Below, in pieces: positions 62,471-64,000 of a DNA stretch of 64,000 nucleotides. The position numbers and the translations under genes were made by a program. Numbering within the stretch: the stretch's first letter is position 1; each line of letters opens with the position of its first letter. Below the pieces are notes generated by a model. That model searched no databases. It was not told where the DNA came from and saw only the letters and a list, made by a program, of their open reading frames with translations. Source of the DNA: Octopus sinensis (taxonomy: Eukaryota); contig NC_043000.1 of the NCBI RefSeq assembly GCF_006345805.1, positions 129,828,001 to 129,892,000 on the forward strand, read 5' to 3'.

Positions 62471-62635
62471 AATATTTAATACTATACATTTCGGATAATA
62501 TACCCACTCTACTTATAGATGTGTGTGCATCTTTTCCATGATTTATGGTTTCTTAGACGACTCACGTATATATAAACATATCGTTTTTAGATTTGGTTTC
62601 CAAGATACTTTATATGAGTTCCTGTTTTGAAGCAT

Positions 62636-62808
62636 ATTCTGTTGTGTCTGGGGAGAGTCATTTTCTTTTTGTGCCTCATAATTTAACACACTCACCGGTA
62701 AAGTTTCGTTGCGTCTTGCAACCTTTTCAATAGTCTGAAATTTTACCGGTGAGTGTTTTAAATTATAAGGCACAAAAAGAAAATGACTCTCCCCACACAC
62801 AACAGTAT
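62636..62808. repeat. Fold-back element with ~68-bp arms and ~40-bp spacer
   Basis: ctgttgtgtctggggagagtcattttctttttgtgcctcataatttaacacactcaccggtaaa vs tttaccggtgagtgttttaaattataaggcacaaaaagaaaatgactctccccacacacaacag. Confidence 0.9.
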
Positions 62809-64000
62809 ATATATATATATATATATATCAAAACTATTCCATCGCTCCCGCCACCACTATCATCGTTGTCGTCGTCATCATCAACATTGATAACACTATG
62901 CTCGTGTGAATTTGTTTATCTCTCTCTCTCCCCCTTCCTATTTATCTGTTTATCTCTCTCTATATATATATGCATACACATACAAACACATGAACATCAT
63001 ATACATGCACATATGTGTGCAGTAATATACGTGTGTGGGAGTGTGCTTAAGTAAAAATATTTATACATGATCAGATGCATACACAATAAAATGTGCATAA
63101 ACAGAGTGAAAGATAGGATACAATGTTCTTCATTACGTATAATTCCTATATTCCTATGATGAGTTGTTCAAATAAACTAAAAACAGAAGAAAACTATAAC
63201 CTAAAAAAAAAATTATTACGTAGGAAACATTGACACGAAAGAAAACAAAAAAAACTAGAATTAATTAGTTGAACTGTAAACATCCGCGTCCGGCACTTAG
63301 CAGAGTTTGCTTTACGGCGGTAGCATATTTAGAGTTTGACATCACCGACTATCACCTCTCACTTAACTCCATCCATCTATCTACTCTTATGACAAGTGAA
63401 TATGGCGCCGGTCTATACATCCTTCCTGTAAGATTTCAAATAGATTAAGACAACATACTTGCTTTTTATAACTTTACTTATTATACATAGACACCCCCTC
63501 TACGTATGATCAGGCGTACTACATTTATGTATATATACATGGATATCTGTGTGTGTATGTGTGTGTGCTCGTGGGTGTAAATGCGAGAGTGCAGCGCTCG
63601 AGCGCGCCTTTTTAGCTAAGAAAAAAAGCGCACAATATATCATATAGAATTTACACAGTCTTGTAACTATAGTGTGACCGATCAAACGTATACTTTACGT
63701 GAGCATGTGTACATGCGCACATATATTCACTTATATACACATATATGCTGTAATGTATTGTGTACACATATATATGCTGTAGTGTATTGTGTGTGATCTT
63801 TTGTATGAATCTACGTAAATATTTTTGTTAATGTTATTTCTACAGAAATTACAGCCAGTACTGATGTTTTTGCTACAATGTTTCGTATTGAGACGTCAGA
63901 TGTAGAAACACAATGAGATCCAATAACTTAACATCACTCTATGCAGTGGCTATACAAGCGATATGTTAGGAGATGAGAATAGGCAAGATGGGTGCTGATG

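Noticed and set aside
400-63700. Most ORFs in the supplied track (YIYI, CVCV, HTHT, poly-L/Y/V, RE-rich peptides)
   Set aside because: They are translations of (TA)n, (CA)n, (GA)n, (AAT)n and (CTA)n microsatellites or of SINE bodies.
1-64000. CRISPR array or prokaryotic operon-type system
   Set aside because: No regularly spaced repeat-spacer series or dense coding; the sequence is clearly eukaryotic repeat-rich DNA.

Overview
This is AT-rich, microsatellite-dense eukaryotic DNA. The SINE families and repeat load look like a coleoid cephalopod, probably Octopus (inference). I cannot support any intact cellular protein-coding gene, tRNA or rRNA; most listed ORFs are microsatellite artefacts. 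The window is a transposon graveyard. It holds at least three tRNA-derived SINE families that swap modules, decayed Tx1/L1 and R4/Dong LINE pieces, a truncated Tc1, internally deleted mariner and DD37D (maT-like) elements, hAT MITEs and a non-autonomous Helitron. It also holds several Penelope-like element (PLE) remnants. The most notable pattern is a set of PLE-type insertions carrying minimal hammerhead-ribozyme (HHR) motifs, repeatedly arranged as head-to-head fold-backs with 3' ends pointing outward. This occurs at three scales: a 2.5-kb coding copy (59926-62470), two ~0.4-kb non-coding copies of one family (40336-40720, 44993-45430), and a double-HHR palindrome (26102-26515). In the 45-kb copy the symmetry axis sits inside HHR helix II. 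All structures were read by eye; nothing was computed or searched.
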